A model generated the notes under the pieces. The model saw only the letters and a program-made list of their open reading frames with translations. It made no database searches and was not told where the DNA came from. Below are positions 23,987 to 36,551 of a stretch of 64,000 nt of DNA, one piece after another. The stretch comes from Isurus oxyrinchus. Lineage: Eukaryota. How positions within the stretch are numbered: the first letter of the stretch is position 1; each line of letters starts with the position of its first letter. The stretch is taken from assembly GCA_026770705.1 (NCBI GenBank), contig JANJGN010000189.1, forward strand, positions 372,001 to 436,000. The letters run 5' to 3'. The translations under genes and the position numbers were made by a program.

Positions 23987-26900
23987 TGTTGGATGCTGGT
24001 CACGAGTTTGTTGGGACTTATGGATCCAGGCTTGTTTTGGAGAGGCTGAGTAGGTACAATAGACAGAGTAGATCAGCAGACAGTTCTTAGATGAAACACA
24101 TTCTGCTTATTTACAAAGGAACTCAGCAGCTACACTTGTGTGCTTTCAACTCAAGCCCTGTCTCCGCATTACAGGCTCTAACTAAAGGTGACCGACTACT
24201 GAGGTACCTGCGCCACTCGTCTGTTGGACACTGATATAAGAGTTAAACAGGGACTTCTATTAGTGAAAACCAAAGGTCAGCAGAATTCTCCAGGTGAATC
24301 TTGTGCACCATGGGGCTGACATCAGCAGAACTCTCCAGAAAGGCCTTGAAGATCACGAGGGATTAACTCGAGAACAGACATAAAGAGATTCTGAGGGTAA
24401 ACAGATCAGGTAAAGGCAAACAGCACCAGGCTAGAATGAGATAAACAGTTCTTGCTTGGGTAAGGAGCAGATATGTACCTGGGACTGGGAACAACTGCTT
24501 ATTATGTGATTATGTACTGACAAGATTTGAATTTAAATAACCCAATGTGTACGTGACTAACACTGTGAACAAAAAAGATGGTTTCCCTGTAATGGGTAGA
24601 GTTCTGTTTTTAGCCAGGCCTGAGGTTGATTCTGAGAACACACCACAACACTGAGCTCATGTTATCTTCCATTGTAACCTTCTTCTTAAAGGTACATCAC
24701 ACATCAGATTACCACCACCCTCCCCCTTTACTCAGAAATACATTTTACACTTACTTTTACCATTTTCTCAAAGTATCAGATGATTTACACAGATCAGTAA
24801 TTTACAAATTCAGTCTTTCTGGGGGGTTTCCTTATGCGTCTGGAACGTCTCAGATCCACAGCTTCAGATACTTTGTCAGGAGTCTCCTTTTCTGATGTTG
24901 TCCCAACACCAGCTTCTTCGGTGGACACCTGCAAACCTGTTTCCTCAACTCTTGCAGGTACAACGGACCCTTCAGACACATCTGTTCTCAGCTGAGTTCT
25001 TTCAACAGGAGACATAGACGCAGCCGTGAAGACTGGTGGGATTGTTTCTTGGTACTTTGTTTCTCTCCTCCTTATATGACCCACATGTCTCCATATGACT
25101 CGGTCTTCCACTTTCACATGGTGAGAAAGAGTTCCAATCGCTGCATTTATTTCACCCGGTGACCACTTTGGCCGTTCTCTAAAATCGTTCACATATACCG
25201 TCTCTCCTACGGTCAGCTTCCTGTCATGACTATGCCAGTCATGTCCAGTTTCCTGTCTTCCGGGACTCCTTTCCACCTTCCCGCTGACATTTAGCATGAC
25301 TGATGTTGCAAATGTGACGTGAGAAAAAACTTTTTCACACAACTAAGTTTTGGGCCTGGAATGCACGGCCTGGAAGTGTTGTGGAGGCAGGTTCAATCGA
25401 GGCATTCAGGAGGGCATTAGATGATTATTTGGATAGAGAAAAGGTGCAGGGGCACGGGGAAAGGCAGGGCAATGACACTAGGTCATGATGCTCATTTGGA
25501 GAGCTGGGATAGACACGATGGGCTGAATGGCCTCCTGCTGTGCCATTAAGACTCTGTGATCCTGCAGAGGAGACTCTGAAAGGCAAACCGGTTTATTGAT
25601 ACAACCCTTTGTGTGTATTAATTGTGACAAACTTCTGGGAGGCCTTCTCGAACTCCAATTGTTGATAAGCATGGCTCATATCAGCTCCGTGTAGGCCGTT
25701 CCAGTCAATTCTTGTCATCTCCACAAACACTTTGGCCAGGCTCAGGTCCAGGGACTATTGGTGCTGCCCATTCTGAGGACAGCACAGATTGTATCCCTCC
25801 CAGTTTCTAGAACCTGCCCAATTCAGCATCTGCCTTTTCCCACATTGCATAAGGTACTGGCCGTGCCTTCATAAATCAGAGGGGTAGAGTCTGGATCCAC
25901 ATGAATTTTTGCTTGCAGCCCCTGGATCTCCCCGAGTTCATCTTGGAAAACTGAGATGTATTTTTGTAGTAGCTCAGGTAGCCCACTGGCTCTCAGTTGG
26001 AAGATCTCAGACCAATCCAGTTTAATATCTTTCAGCCAGTTTCGTCCAAGGAGGCTTGGTCCCTCACCAGCTCCCATCATCAAGGGTCATTTTACTGATT
26101 GACTTCCATACTGTATAACAACCCTGCTTATGTCTTTGGCTTGAATGTCTTCTCCCGTGTGAGTTTTCAATTAGTCATCTGTTTCTTCCAAATTTAATTG
26201 ACTTTCCCCATGATTCCAGTATTTGAAAGTATGCTCACCAATTAGCGTAATGTTAGCTCCTGTGTCCACCCCCATTCTGAGAGCTCTATCATTCACCCTC
26301 ACTGTTACATAGATTGGCTCTGTTCTTCCTACCTTTAAATTATACAATGAATAACTATCTGAATCTGTTACTTCAGGCTCTTCTATGTTATGGATCTCAC
26401 AGGGTTTTCTCTCTTGATTGAAACTCTGCCTGATTCTATCCTTGCAATCTCTCATGGGCTCTCTGTTTCGATGACAGTAAAAACAATTGATTTTTTTAAA
26501 GTTCCATTCACTACGAGGTTGTCTGCTTCACCTCTGTTCACATTATTCCATGTTTTCTCTGCTAAGTCATTCCTTTTTATTTGCTGCTAGTGGTGGACGT
26601 TTCCCGTTTCTCATCAGAGCTGTACATTTTCCCGCACTTCTTGGCTGAGGCTCCTCACCCAACATGAGGACGGTGACATTTTGCACTCTCCATATGTTTT
26701 TCGAGTCCCTCACTGCTCTTTCCATAGCCAGCACTATTCCCAGAGCTTTCTGAATATCCAAATCTGTTTCAGACAGTAATCTCTTCTGAATCGAATCTTC
26801 ATTTATACTGCACACCAGTTGATCTCTCAGCATATCATTTATAGATTTACCAAACTCACAATGTCCTGTTAACTGTTTCAGACTTTCCACATAACATGCA

Positions 26901-27370
26901 GCTGCCTCCCCTGGGACTCTATTTCTTGAGTTAAATTTGGACCGTTGCATCGTTACCGAGGGCTGGGGCTGGGAAGGAATCTTCACAAGGTTCACTATAT
27001 CATCTAAACTTTTTGAATCCATGGCACCGGGTGGCATTAAAGTTCGCATCAATCCCTAAATCTTACTGCCACACGTGGATAAGAGGGTCGCTCGCCTCTT
27101 CTCCTCCCCATCAATGTCATTCACTTGGAAAAAGAACGCGAGGAGTTCACCATAATGGGACCAATCGCCCACCGTTGGGTCGAAAGGATCAACTCTTCCA
27201 AACTGCAGCATTCTTCGAGGGGACTGCTTCGGTTATTAGGATGGAAATTATATTTATAATCACTGCGTGAGGCACAGCCCGATTTCAGTTCCCTTGCTCT
27301 CATTCCTTGATTTTTCTTCCTTGTTTTTCACCTCATCACCAGTTTATTCAACCCTTGTCACTACTTTAGT
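23987..27370 (-). mobile_element. Internally deleted Gypsy LTR retrotransposon (gag, protease, integrase C-terminus, PPT, 3' LTR ~24717-23987; 5' LTR absent)
   Basis: gag NDMLRDQLVC, protease MGVDTGA, PSLLGRNWL; PPT AAAGGGGGAGGG followed by TG...CA; CR1 tail inside at ~25320-25560. Confidence 0.88.
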
Positions 27371-27779
27371 TTGCACTCCCTCGGTACTGAGCCTGCGACA
27401 GTGCAGCATTCCCTGGGTACGGACCCTCCGACTGTGCAGTGGTCCCTTAGTCATGAGCCCCTGATAGTGCAGCAGCCCCTAGGTACTGATGCTCGAAAAG
27501 TGTAGCGCTCCCTCAGCATTGACCATCTGACAGTGCAGCACTCCTTCAGCACTGGCACACCCAGAGTGCAACACTCGCAGTACAGACCCTCCGACAGTGC
27601 AGCACTAAGTCAGTGCTGACCGTCCAACAGTGCAACACTCCCTCAGTACTGACTCTCCGACTGTGCAGGACACTCAGTCCTGACACCGAGTGCTGGTCTG
27701 GTTTGCCAGCCTGAATTTTGCCAAATGAATTTCGAACTGACGACCTACTCACTCAGAGAGAGAGAGGGTTCGAAATCCA

Positions 27780-28049
27780 GTGTCCCACAGGAGAATTCCT
27801 GGTCAATGACTTTCCGCTTTTGAGCAGAAATATCATCACAAGTCCAGAACGCAAAGGGTTAACAGCTTCAAAAAACTCAAAACACGAGCTGTTCTGTCAC
27901 TTTGATGCAACTTCCTCATTTTGTCTCACAGTGACACATCAACCCTTTCTCATTAAATACACAGAGGGAGCAGCACAGGAAGAGGTCATTCAGCCCAAGC
28001 AGAGCGTGTGGGCAGTTCCTCCCCAGGCGAGCAGTCGGACAGGTCCTGG
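27780..28049 (+). promoter_or_regulatory. Promoter and non-coding exon 1 of the plus-strand Siglec-like gene
   Basis: ACTTCCTCATTTT Ets-like site near 27910, TTAAATA, donor GTAAGT at 28050. Confidence 0.6.
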
Positions 28050-28457
28050 GTAAGTAACGGAACGATTGGAATTCACTTCCACCGCCAACACCGTCCTTTG
28101 TTGATGTTGTGACTTTATAAAGACAGATTCCAATGATTGATGCCTTTGAAAGATTTCTACTGATTCTTGAGATCTGGGTGTGAGGCTCAAGTCTGTTGTA
28201 CAGAACATCTTTCTAGCTCAAGGGATGATGGAAGTGCAGGGACATGAGCTTTGGGACATCCTGAGGTGGTGAAAGGTGCTATAGAAATGCAAGTCCTTCA
28301 TTGATTTATTTTTTTAAAGCTTTTTAACTCTCTGCAGAGCACCTGTCATCCCACAGAGAACCAAATTAGTCTGTGTAGACATTATGTAAAAGGAGTTCTG
28401 ATCTCTCGAGAGCTGTCGGACAAGAGGTGAGGTCTCATTAACTCCTTTCTCTTTCAG

Positions 28458-28539
28458 AGTTTGAGAGTCAGAAGCTAAAGGAATATCTGGGAGTGGACAA
28501 TAATTGGGAAATATTACTGCCTCCTGTCACTTCTCCAAG
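28458..28539 (+). pseudogene. Leader exon with ATG replaced by ATA (28500-28502): (I)IGKYYCLLSLLQ
   Basis: Aligns without gaps to 3413-3332. Confidence 0.75.
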
Positions 28540-29404
28540 GTAATATCATCGTCAGCTCAGACAGATTTATGGTTAATAGTCTTCGTAAAAGATCATTCTT
28601 ATTGAGCTGTGATTCGGAACCAATTCAGCAGTGACCCAGTGCACAAACTCACACCAACTCCCATTCACCCATCACCCCTGTGCTCCCTGATATACACTGA
28701 CTCCCTGTCTGACAGCAGAATTGGGGGAGTGCAGAGATCACAGAGGGTTGTAGGTTTGAGTAGGTTACAGAGACAGGGAGTGGAGCGGAGTGATGGAGGG
28801 ATTGGAAATCAAGTGTGAAAATAATCACATCGAGGTGTTGTTGGACTGGGAGCCAGTGTAGGTCAGCGAGTGACTTGTGGGGTCGGGGTGGGTGTGTGCG
28901 GAGGTGAAAGCTTGAGTGGAAAATTGGACACAAAATTCAGGGGATGAAGTCTATCTTGTGGCTAGCACTCTGACAGCAATGGCCTGAAATTAGTGTCTTT
29001 TGCTGATTTTAATCAGAATTTCCCATGAAGACAACACAGCAGCTCCTAGAATAGACAGGCTGTTCAGTGTCACACTTCCTGTCCATTCTCACCATGCTAG
29101 ATACTTCAATAAGGGAGCAAGATAACTGAAAGAGAGAAGGAAGGTAAAGCTGTCTGTATGTAAAGGTGTCAATATTCAGTTTGCATATTTGTCTTTGCTC
29201 TTGACACAGGCAGAGCTCAAGCTAGAGGCACTGTGTTAGTGTGTTTCACAGGGTCTGCTGGAGTAGGGTCAGTGCTGAGCTTGGGGACAAGTCAGTCTAC
29301 AATGCTGCATCGGAATCAACAATACAACAATATGGGGTTTGGATCAGAAATAATCCCTTAGACAATGAGGATCCAGGGTTAAATATTGATATTTCTCTCC
29401 ACAG

Positions 29405-29773
29405 TTGGACTGTCACAAGAGTGGAAAGGTGAAACTCCACGAGAGGTGACAGCGCAGGAAGGTTCGTGTGTACAGATTCCATGTCATTACAGTTATCCAT
29501 CGTGTCTGGAAAACCAACCGCGAGGTGGAGTCTGGTTTAATAATGAGGAACAGATTCCCTGGGCTCCCATTGCCTTTCACTCCAAGGATCACAGTCACGA
29601 GTTACCACGGTTCCACCATCGGACCCGGCTGTCTGGAGACCTGAAAGATGGCGACTGTTCCCTGATTATAAACAACATCAGACGGGAAGATGCAGGACCT
29701 TATTTTTTCAGAATAGAATTTGACAATGGTCCGAGCCATAACTATTACCCTGTAACCCAGCTTCACGTTTCTG
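29405..29773 (+). CDS. Siglec V-set exon (369 nt, phase 1-1) with essential Arg
   Basis: QEWK, GSCVQIPC, GDCSL and EDAGPYFFRIE: Siglec-type Cys pattern and F-strand Arg. Confidence 0.93.
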
Positions 29774-31088
29774 GTAAGTGCTGTGTTATAATTACTCAAC
29801 AATTCACATTCAACACTCAATGGGAAATAACACAAACTGTGACATTTACATATTAACACAAAACACAGCTTATTATAACAGACTGTCTGATTCTCAATAA
29901 CCTGGTGATAGCTTCCAGTTCAGTCCTTAAGCAACCTCTAATACTCACTTTAATATCAATGATTAAATGTATTGACTGTGTCCATCAATGTTATCAGGTT
30001 ATCCACTCCCATTAGTCTCCCTAATGCTTTTTAAAAGTCTAACAATTTGACAAAAGAAGGATGTGCATTCCTATTGCGCCTTACACCACCTCAGCAAACT
30101 TCAAATCACTTCACAGACAATGAAGAAATTCTTGAAGTATAGTCACTGTCTAACGTGGCAGTGAGTTTGTTCACAGGAAGCTCCCACAGAGAGCAATGGG
30201 ATCAGTGACCCAGATCTCTGAGAGAATGATGAGCCAGGGTTCCATGAGCTGTGGGCTGCTCCATCACCCACACCCCAGTGTTGGCAATTCAAGGGTCTGG
30301 GAGTGAAAGTGTATTCAGCTCAGTGACACATTCCCCACCAAGTTTGAAAATAGGAAAGTTGCTGCTGATTGTTGTTACCTCTCAGTTCCCATCTCATCCT
30401 TGGAAACCTGCTTTCAAAATACAAAAGCAAGTCTCGCATTTCCATAGCGCCTTTCACCACTTCAGGACGATAATAAATCAATTCACAGTCAATGAAGTGA
30501 TTCTTGAAGCACACATTCTCCCCACTCTCTGGGTAAAGAAGTTTCTCCTGAATTCCCCATTGGATTTATTAGTGAGGATGTTATATTGTCAGCCTCTGGT
30601 TTTGTTCATTGTGAGGAGTGGAAACACTCTCTCCATGTCTACTCGATCAAAACCTTTCATTACTTCAAAGGTCAAATGAGGTCACCCCTCAACCTTCTCT
30701 GTTCAAGAGAACAGAGACCCAGCCTGTTCATCCTCTCCTGATAGGTAAAGCCTCACATTGCTGAGATCATCCTTGTGAAGCTTTTTACCACCCTCTCCAG
30801 TGTCTCCATATCCTTTTCCAAATGCTGAGTCTGTTCTCCCCGAGCTGTGAGCTGTTCCTCCACCCTCACCCAGTCTGGTCAAATCAAGGGTCACTGAGTG
30901 AGAGTGTATTAATCTGAGTGACAGAGATTCAACAAGTGTAAAAATAGACAATTCTAAAATGATCATTGTAACCTCTCAGTTCTGATATCATCCTTGTAAA
31001 AGTGCTTTCTCTTGTGGGACTGTGATTTCTATTTGAACTGATGCTTCACGTTATATTTCTCTAAAAGGATCCATTCTCTGTCTGTTAG

Positions 31089-31385
31089 ATTTCACAGATA
31101 AACCCACGATATTCCCTGCTGAAATTATTGCAGGAAAGCGTGTGGATGTAAGCTGCACCTTCAACACAACGTGCAATGGAACAGCAGCACCTGTCTTAAC
31201 CTGGGACACTCCCACTGACGTACCTGGATCAGTCTCAAACACTGTAACTCAGCATGGTGTCACTCTGACCTATACTTCTGTTCTGACCCTGATCCCATCA
31301 CTCAAACACCACGGACACACTCTCAGCTGCAGAGTGAGATATCCATCTGTTTCATCGGAGCGGACCCTCGTACTGACTGTGCTAT
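31089..31385 (+). CDS. Siglec-like domain-2 (C2-1) exon
   Basis: 297 nt, phase 1-1; extra Cys consistent with the V-C2 interdomain disulfide. Confidence 0.92.
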
Positions 31386-31554
31386 GTAAGTACAAACACC
31401 CTTCAATCTACATTAGCTGGAATAGTATCAAATGTGCACAGCAAGCTCCCACATACTGCACTTTGTTTATAAACAAACCATTGGTATTTAACTGGTAAAA
31501 AGTGAGCCCTGACAGGCAGTACATCCTTACTACTGACTCTCCGATAGTGCATCA

Positions 31555-33300
31555 TGGACTCATAGACTCATAGACACATAGACAGAAGGAGGCCATTTAG
31601 CCCATCATGTCCATGCTGGTCAGCAACTCCCTCCCCAAGTGCATCACCTCATATTTTTCCAGGTTGAATTCCATTTGCGTCGTGATCATTTCCCCTTTAT
31701 ATAAGTCCAATTCATTTATATACACCACAAACAGCAAGTGCCCCAGCACTTTGCCCTGTGGAACCCCACTGGAAACAGACATCCAGTCACAGAAACATCC
31801 CTCCACCATCACCCTCTGCTTCCTGCCTCAGCCAATATTGGATCCAACGTGCCACTTTGCCTTGGATCCCATGGGCTCTTACTTTCTTGGCCTCTCTGCC
31901 AAGAGGCACCTTATCAAAAGCCTTCCTCAGCCCATGTCGACCACATCAAAGGCATTACTCTCATCAACACTCCTGGTGACCTCCTCAAAAGATTTGATCA
32001 GGTTTGTCAAACATGACCTTCCCTTAACAAATCCATGCTGAATATCCCAGATTAATCCTTGTCTCTCCCAGTGCAGATTCATTCTGTCCTTCAGAATTCT
32101 TACTAGTAACTTCCCCACCACCGAGGTTAGACTGACTGGCCTGTAATTTCCAGATCTATCCCTTCCTCCCTTTTTTAATAATGGGACAACATTAGCCATC
32201 CTCCAGTCCTCTGGCACCTCACCTGTGGCCAGACAGGATTTGAAAATTACTGCCAGGGCCCCTGATATCTCTTCCCTTTCCTCCCTCAACAGCTTTGGAT
32301 TCATCTCATCGGGGCTTGTGGATTTATCCACTTTTCAGGTCGCTAAACCCACTAGTACCTCCTCTCTCTGTGTTAATTTCCTCTCATATTTCACTGCCCT
32401 CCACCCTGATGTTATACCTGCATCATCCTTTTCCATTGTGAAGACTGATGCAAAGTATTCATTGAGGACTGTACCCACGTCTTCCAGGTCCACACACACA
32501 TTACCTCGATGGTCCCTAATCAGCCCCACTCTTTCCCGAATTATTCTGCTGCTCTTTACATATTTAAAAAACCCCTCTGAGTTTTGCTTTATTCTACTCA
32601 CCAGTGCTTTCTCATGCACTCTCTTATCTTTCCTCATGTACTTTTTCAGTTCCCATCTGCACTATTTATACTCCTCTAGGGACTCTGCTGTATTGAGCCC
32701 TCAGTATCTGCCATAAGCTTCTCTTTTTTCTAAATCTAAACCTTTATGTTCCTTGTCTTCCAGGGTTCTCCAGACTTGGTCTCCCTCTTTGTCTTTACAG
32801 GAAGATATCTGCTCTGTACTCTCGCTATTCCCTCCTTGAATGCCTCCCACTGCTCTGACACAGTTTTATCTGCAAAGAGCTTCTCCCAGTCCACTTGGGC
32901 CAAATCATATCTCATCTTAGTAAAATTAGCCTTTCCCCAGTTTAGAATTTTTATTCCCAGCCCAAACTTATCCTTCTCCATAACTGTCCTAAATCCAATT
33001 GAGTTACAGTCACTATCTCCCCTACTGATACGCTTTCCACCTTCCCCGGCGCTTTTCCATATATTAGGTCCAGAACTGTCCCCTCCCTTGTTGAGCTTTC
33101 TATGCACAGGCTAAAAATCTTCTCCTGGATGCAACTTCAGAATTTTTCTCCCTCCCTACCTTGCTCACTAAAGCTGTCCCAGTTAATATTTGGGTAGTTA
33201 AAATCCCTGAGTATTACTGCTTTATTATTCTTACACATCTCTGAAATGTGATCACATGTTGGATTGTCCATCTCTCCCTGACTGTTTGTTGGTTTTATAT
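31555..33300 (-). mobile_element. CR1 LINE (endonuclease/RT remnants), absent from the inverted paralogue
   Basis: VPEDWRMANVVPL, NYRPVSLTSVVGK, SGVPQG; CATAGA tandem tail. Confidence 0.92.
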
Positions 33301-33369
33301 CTTGAGTCTATGAGTTCACTGGTTGAGTAAATTCGAATTGCACTCCTTCATATACACTTGTTAGTTGAT

Positions 33370-33575
33370 AAAAACAAAAAAACTGCGGATGCTGGAAATC
33401 CAAAACAAAAACAGAATTACCTGGAAAAACTCAGCAGGTCTGGCAGCATCGGCGGAGAAGAAAAGAGTTGACGTTTCGAGTCCTCATGACCTCAGTTCTG
33501 TCGAAGGGTCATGAGGACTCGAAACATCAACTCTTTTCTTCTCCCCCGAAGCTGCCAGACCTGTTGAGTTCTTCT
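33370..33575. mobile_element. Fold-back Penelope terminal-repeat insertion with probable 9-bp target-site duplication
   Basis: Inverted arms; flanks TTAGTTGAT and TTAGCTGAT. Confidence 0.7.
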
Positions 33576-33834
33576 TAGCTGATGCTCGCTATCAATAACC
33601 AAGAGAGACCTACGTTAGAACAAGCTGATTATTTATTGTAACAGAGGGCAGAGCACTAAATCCTTGCATGCTCCCACAGCCACCTCCAGCTCTAGACTTA
33701 CAGTTAACCAGTGGCCCACACTGTCCAGTGATTGGTCAGTACTGTCACATGGTTTATCCACTTGTATTCTCTTAAAGGTACCTGGCACTCCACATTATCA
33801 CAGGAGGCCTATAGTACACACATAACAGCGTGTT

Positions 33835-34250
33835 TGCCTCCTCAGCACTGACCCTTCTACAGTGCAGCACTCCCTCATTACTGTCTCTCTAATAGTGTAA
33901 TGATCCCTCAGTAGTGCTCCTCCAACATTGCACTGGTCAATCAGAACTGACGCTCTGACTGTGCAGTTTTACCTCAGCAGTAACCCTCCTACAGTGCAGT
34001 GCTCCCACAGTACTGTCCCTCCTACAGTGCAGCACTCCCTCAGGACTGACCCTCTGACAATGCAGCACTCCCTCAGTACTGAACCTCTGGCAGTGCAGCA
34101 CTCCCTCAGTACTGACTCTCTGACAGTGCAGCACTCCCTCAGTACTGACCCTCTGACAGTGCAGCACTCCCTCAGTACTGACTCTCTGACAGTGCAGCAC
34201 TCCCTCAGTACTGACCCTCTGACAGTGCAGCACGCCCTCAATACTGAACT
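33835..34250. repeat. 33-bp minisatellite (reverse orientation)
   Basis: Tandem units. Confidence 0.9.
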
Positions 34251-34379
34251 GAAGTGTCTGCCTGGATTACGGGCTATGTGGTGAAAGAACCTACATTGAC
34301 ATCACACCTTTCACATTCTCAGTGTCTTTCAAAGTGCTTCACAGTCAGTCTAAGTTAACTGATCTGTATTTGTTTTTAG

Positions 34380-34661
34380 ACGCACCACGGAATCTCTCAA
34401 TTACTTCTCCAGATATGATTAACGCTTCATCGATCAATATAATTGAGGGGAATTCTGCAGTGATAATCTGCTCTGTCGAGAGCTTCCCAGCTTCTAACCT
34501 GACGTGGCGACATCTTAATGTCCCAATGAACAGAACAAGTTCCAACAATGAGCTGTGGTTGGTGATTCCTCACGTTACATCCAGGGATACTGGAGAATAT
34601 CAGTGTGTGGCAGAGAATGAACATGGAGCAGTGGAGGGATTCATAACCATCACTGTGGAAT
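34380..34661 (+). CDS. C2-set Ig exon (282 nt) with four N-glycosylation sequons
   Basis: NLS, NAS, NLT, NRT; canonical Cys/Trp; AG/GT boundaries. Confidence 0.93.
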
Positions 34662-36366
34662 GTGAGTTACACAGACTTTAATATTTCTCTCATCTCCGAA
34701 CACATATACTCAGATGCTCTCCCACGCACACACACACACAAGCACTCACAAATGTACAAACCCAAAGTGCATGCACACACACAATCCCACACTCATGAGC
34801 ACACAGAAAGACACACTCACACACAAACACAGTAGTACACACTTCCCTGTGAGTTACCTGACCTCCCTCAGTACTGCACTGGAGAGTTCTCCTGGATTCT
34901 GGGATATGTGTTCCCATTCATATTTATCGAAGAATATCCAAATTACAAAGTCTATTCCAGAAACTCACATGCACAAAGATTCCAACAGATACTCCCCACC
35001 TCTCCGTGTCTCTCTCTCCTCCTTTAAGAAGCTTCCTAATCCCGAACTCTTGCCTGCCCTAACTCCTCCTTATCATGCCCTGTGTCAAATTTTTTGTGTA
35101 TCTGAGAGAAAGGGAGAGATAAGGAAGTTTAGGAAGGGATTTCCTGTTAGTGAAGAGCTTACTTCTTTTTCTCACCTTTCCAGTGTTCAGTTTTGCCATC
35201 ATGTCCAATGACCCTGTTTATAATGGGGGCATCCTATGTAAACGTCACACTGTCTTTACATCCTCCCACCAGTGGTGGCACTGTGGTGCTTAAGCTTGCA
35301 CCTCCCAGCTTTTCAGCCAACTTCACTTCACAATTTGCTACACATGCTGTAAGGTCATCAAAATTAACATATATCAAATGGTAGATTTGATAATACAGTT
35401 TATTGAAAGGTTCATCCGCGCTCTGGGAAGGGTTTACACTCTCCAGGAAGCAAAAATAGGCTGGATGTTGGAGAGTTCATCTTTTCCCAGAGAGTAGGGA
35501 TCCTCGGGAATGTGCTGTCAGTGGGTGTGGTGGTTGCTGTCTCTCTGTTGCCTTCAAGAGGGATCTGGAGTGGTTACTAACTCGGGGAGAGATCATGGAA
35601 GCGGAGAATGGTACAGCACAGGAGGAGGCCATTCAGCCCATTGAGCCTGTGCCAGGTCTTTCAATGTTCTATCCAATCAGATCCACTAACCACCACACCA
35701 CTTTGCCCCCATCTTCTTCCTTCAAGTGTTTATCCAATTTCCCTTTTGAAAGTTCCTATTGAATCTGCTTCCACTGCCCTTTCAGGCAGCACCTTCCAGA
35801 TCACAACAACTCGCTCTGTCAAAACAAATTCTCCTCATCTCCCCCTCCGGTTCGTCAATCTGTGTCCCTCTGGTTACCGACCCTCCTGCCCCTTAAATAC
35901 ATCGATACTGTTCACCTCAACCACTCCCTGTGGGAGCGAGTTCCACATTCTCCCCTCTCTCTGGGTAAAGATTGGAACTGTTTATTAAGTGGGGCGTGTA
36001 AGTCCGTGGGGGAGTCCATCTCGATCCTGCCCGATTCGCACACGCGTCCGAGATGGATTTCCACCCTGCACTAAACGTTTCCAGAATTTTCTACAGCACA
36101 ATCCTGTACACAGCGATGGAGAGAAACATTGGACAGGGAGTCCAACAGCACAATGATCCATTCTCACCAATGTTCCACGCTAAGGGGAAAGTTGCGATTG
36201 TCCACTCTTAGAGTGTTTACAATGAAAACATTCATTCCACATTGAATCCCAGTGGATGGCTCAATATTACAGCAAATGTTGCAATGATATGAAGCTTGAT
36301 TGTTCAGCCAGAGTGAGAGATTGAAAGCGGAGAGTCAGTGATGATTTCTTTCTGTGTGTTCTCTAG

Positions 36367-36551
36367 ACAGTGGAGGAGAGATTCTGCATGTGATCCTGAT
36401 CCTGGGAATACGAGCTGTGATTTTCCTTGTGGCTGTGGTTATCACTATCTTCTGGAGTCTGTGTCTGGGAGAGACAAACAGTGAAAGGAAGTCGACAGAC
36501 TGTTTGAAGCTTTGTACAGCAACAATCTGGTCAGTCAGTGCGGACAAATAA
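36367..36551 (+). CDS. Arg-containing TM/terminal exon SGGEILHVILILGIRAVIFLVAVVITIFWSLCLG...SADK*
   Basis: ctctag acceptor, phase 1; AATAAA at 37586-37591. Confidence 0.8.

Noticed and set aside
29018-29143. Conserved AG...GT block between leader and V exon (copy at ~2750-2880)
   Set aside because: In-frame stop if spliced after the leader; it may be an Ets-site enhancer or alternative non-coding exon, but I cannot support a call.
29405-29773. Assigning MAG, CD22 or SIGLEC1 gene symbols
   Set aside because: The family is clear but orthology needs phylogeny; domain counts do not match those genes.
33359-33827. Possible solo LTR (TGTTA...TAACA)
   Set aside because: No matching target-site duplication and only short similarity to the 24-kb LTR.
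34651-34657. CACTGTG heptamer suggesting RAG recombination signals
   Set aside because: It is coding sequence (ITV) and I see no nonamer at 12 or 23 bp spacing; the V domains are Siglec-type, not Ig/TCR.
35266-35282. CTCF site in CCACCAGTGGTGGCAC
   Set aside because: Several mismatches or a spacing defect against the CTCF core; kept only as part of the unexplained element.
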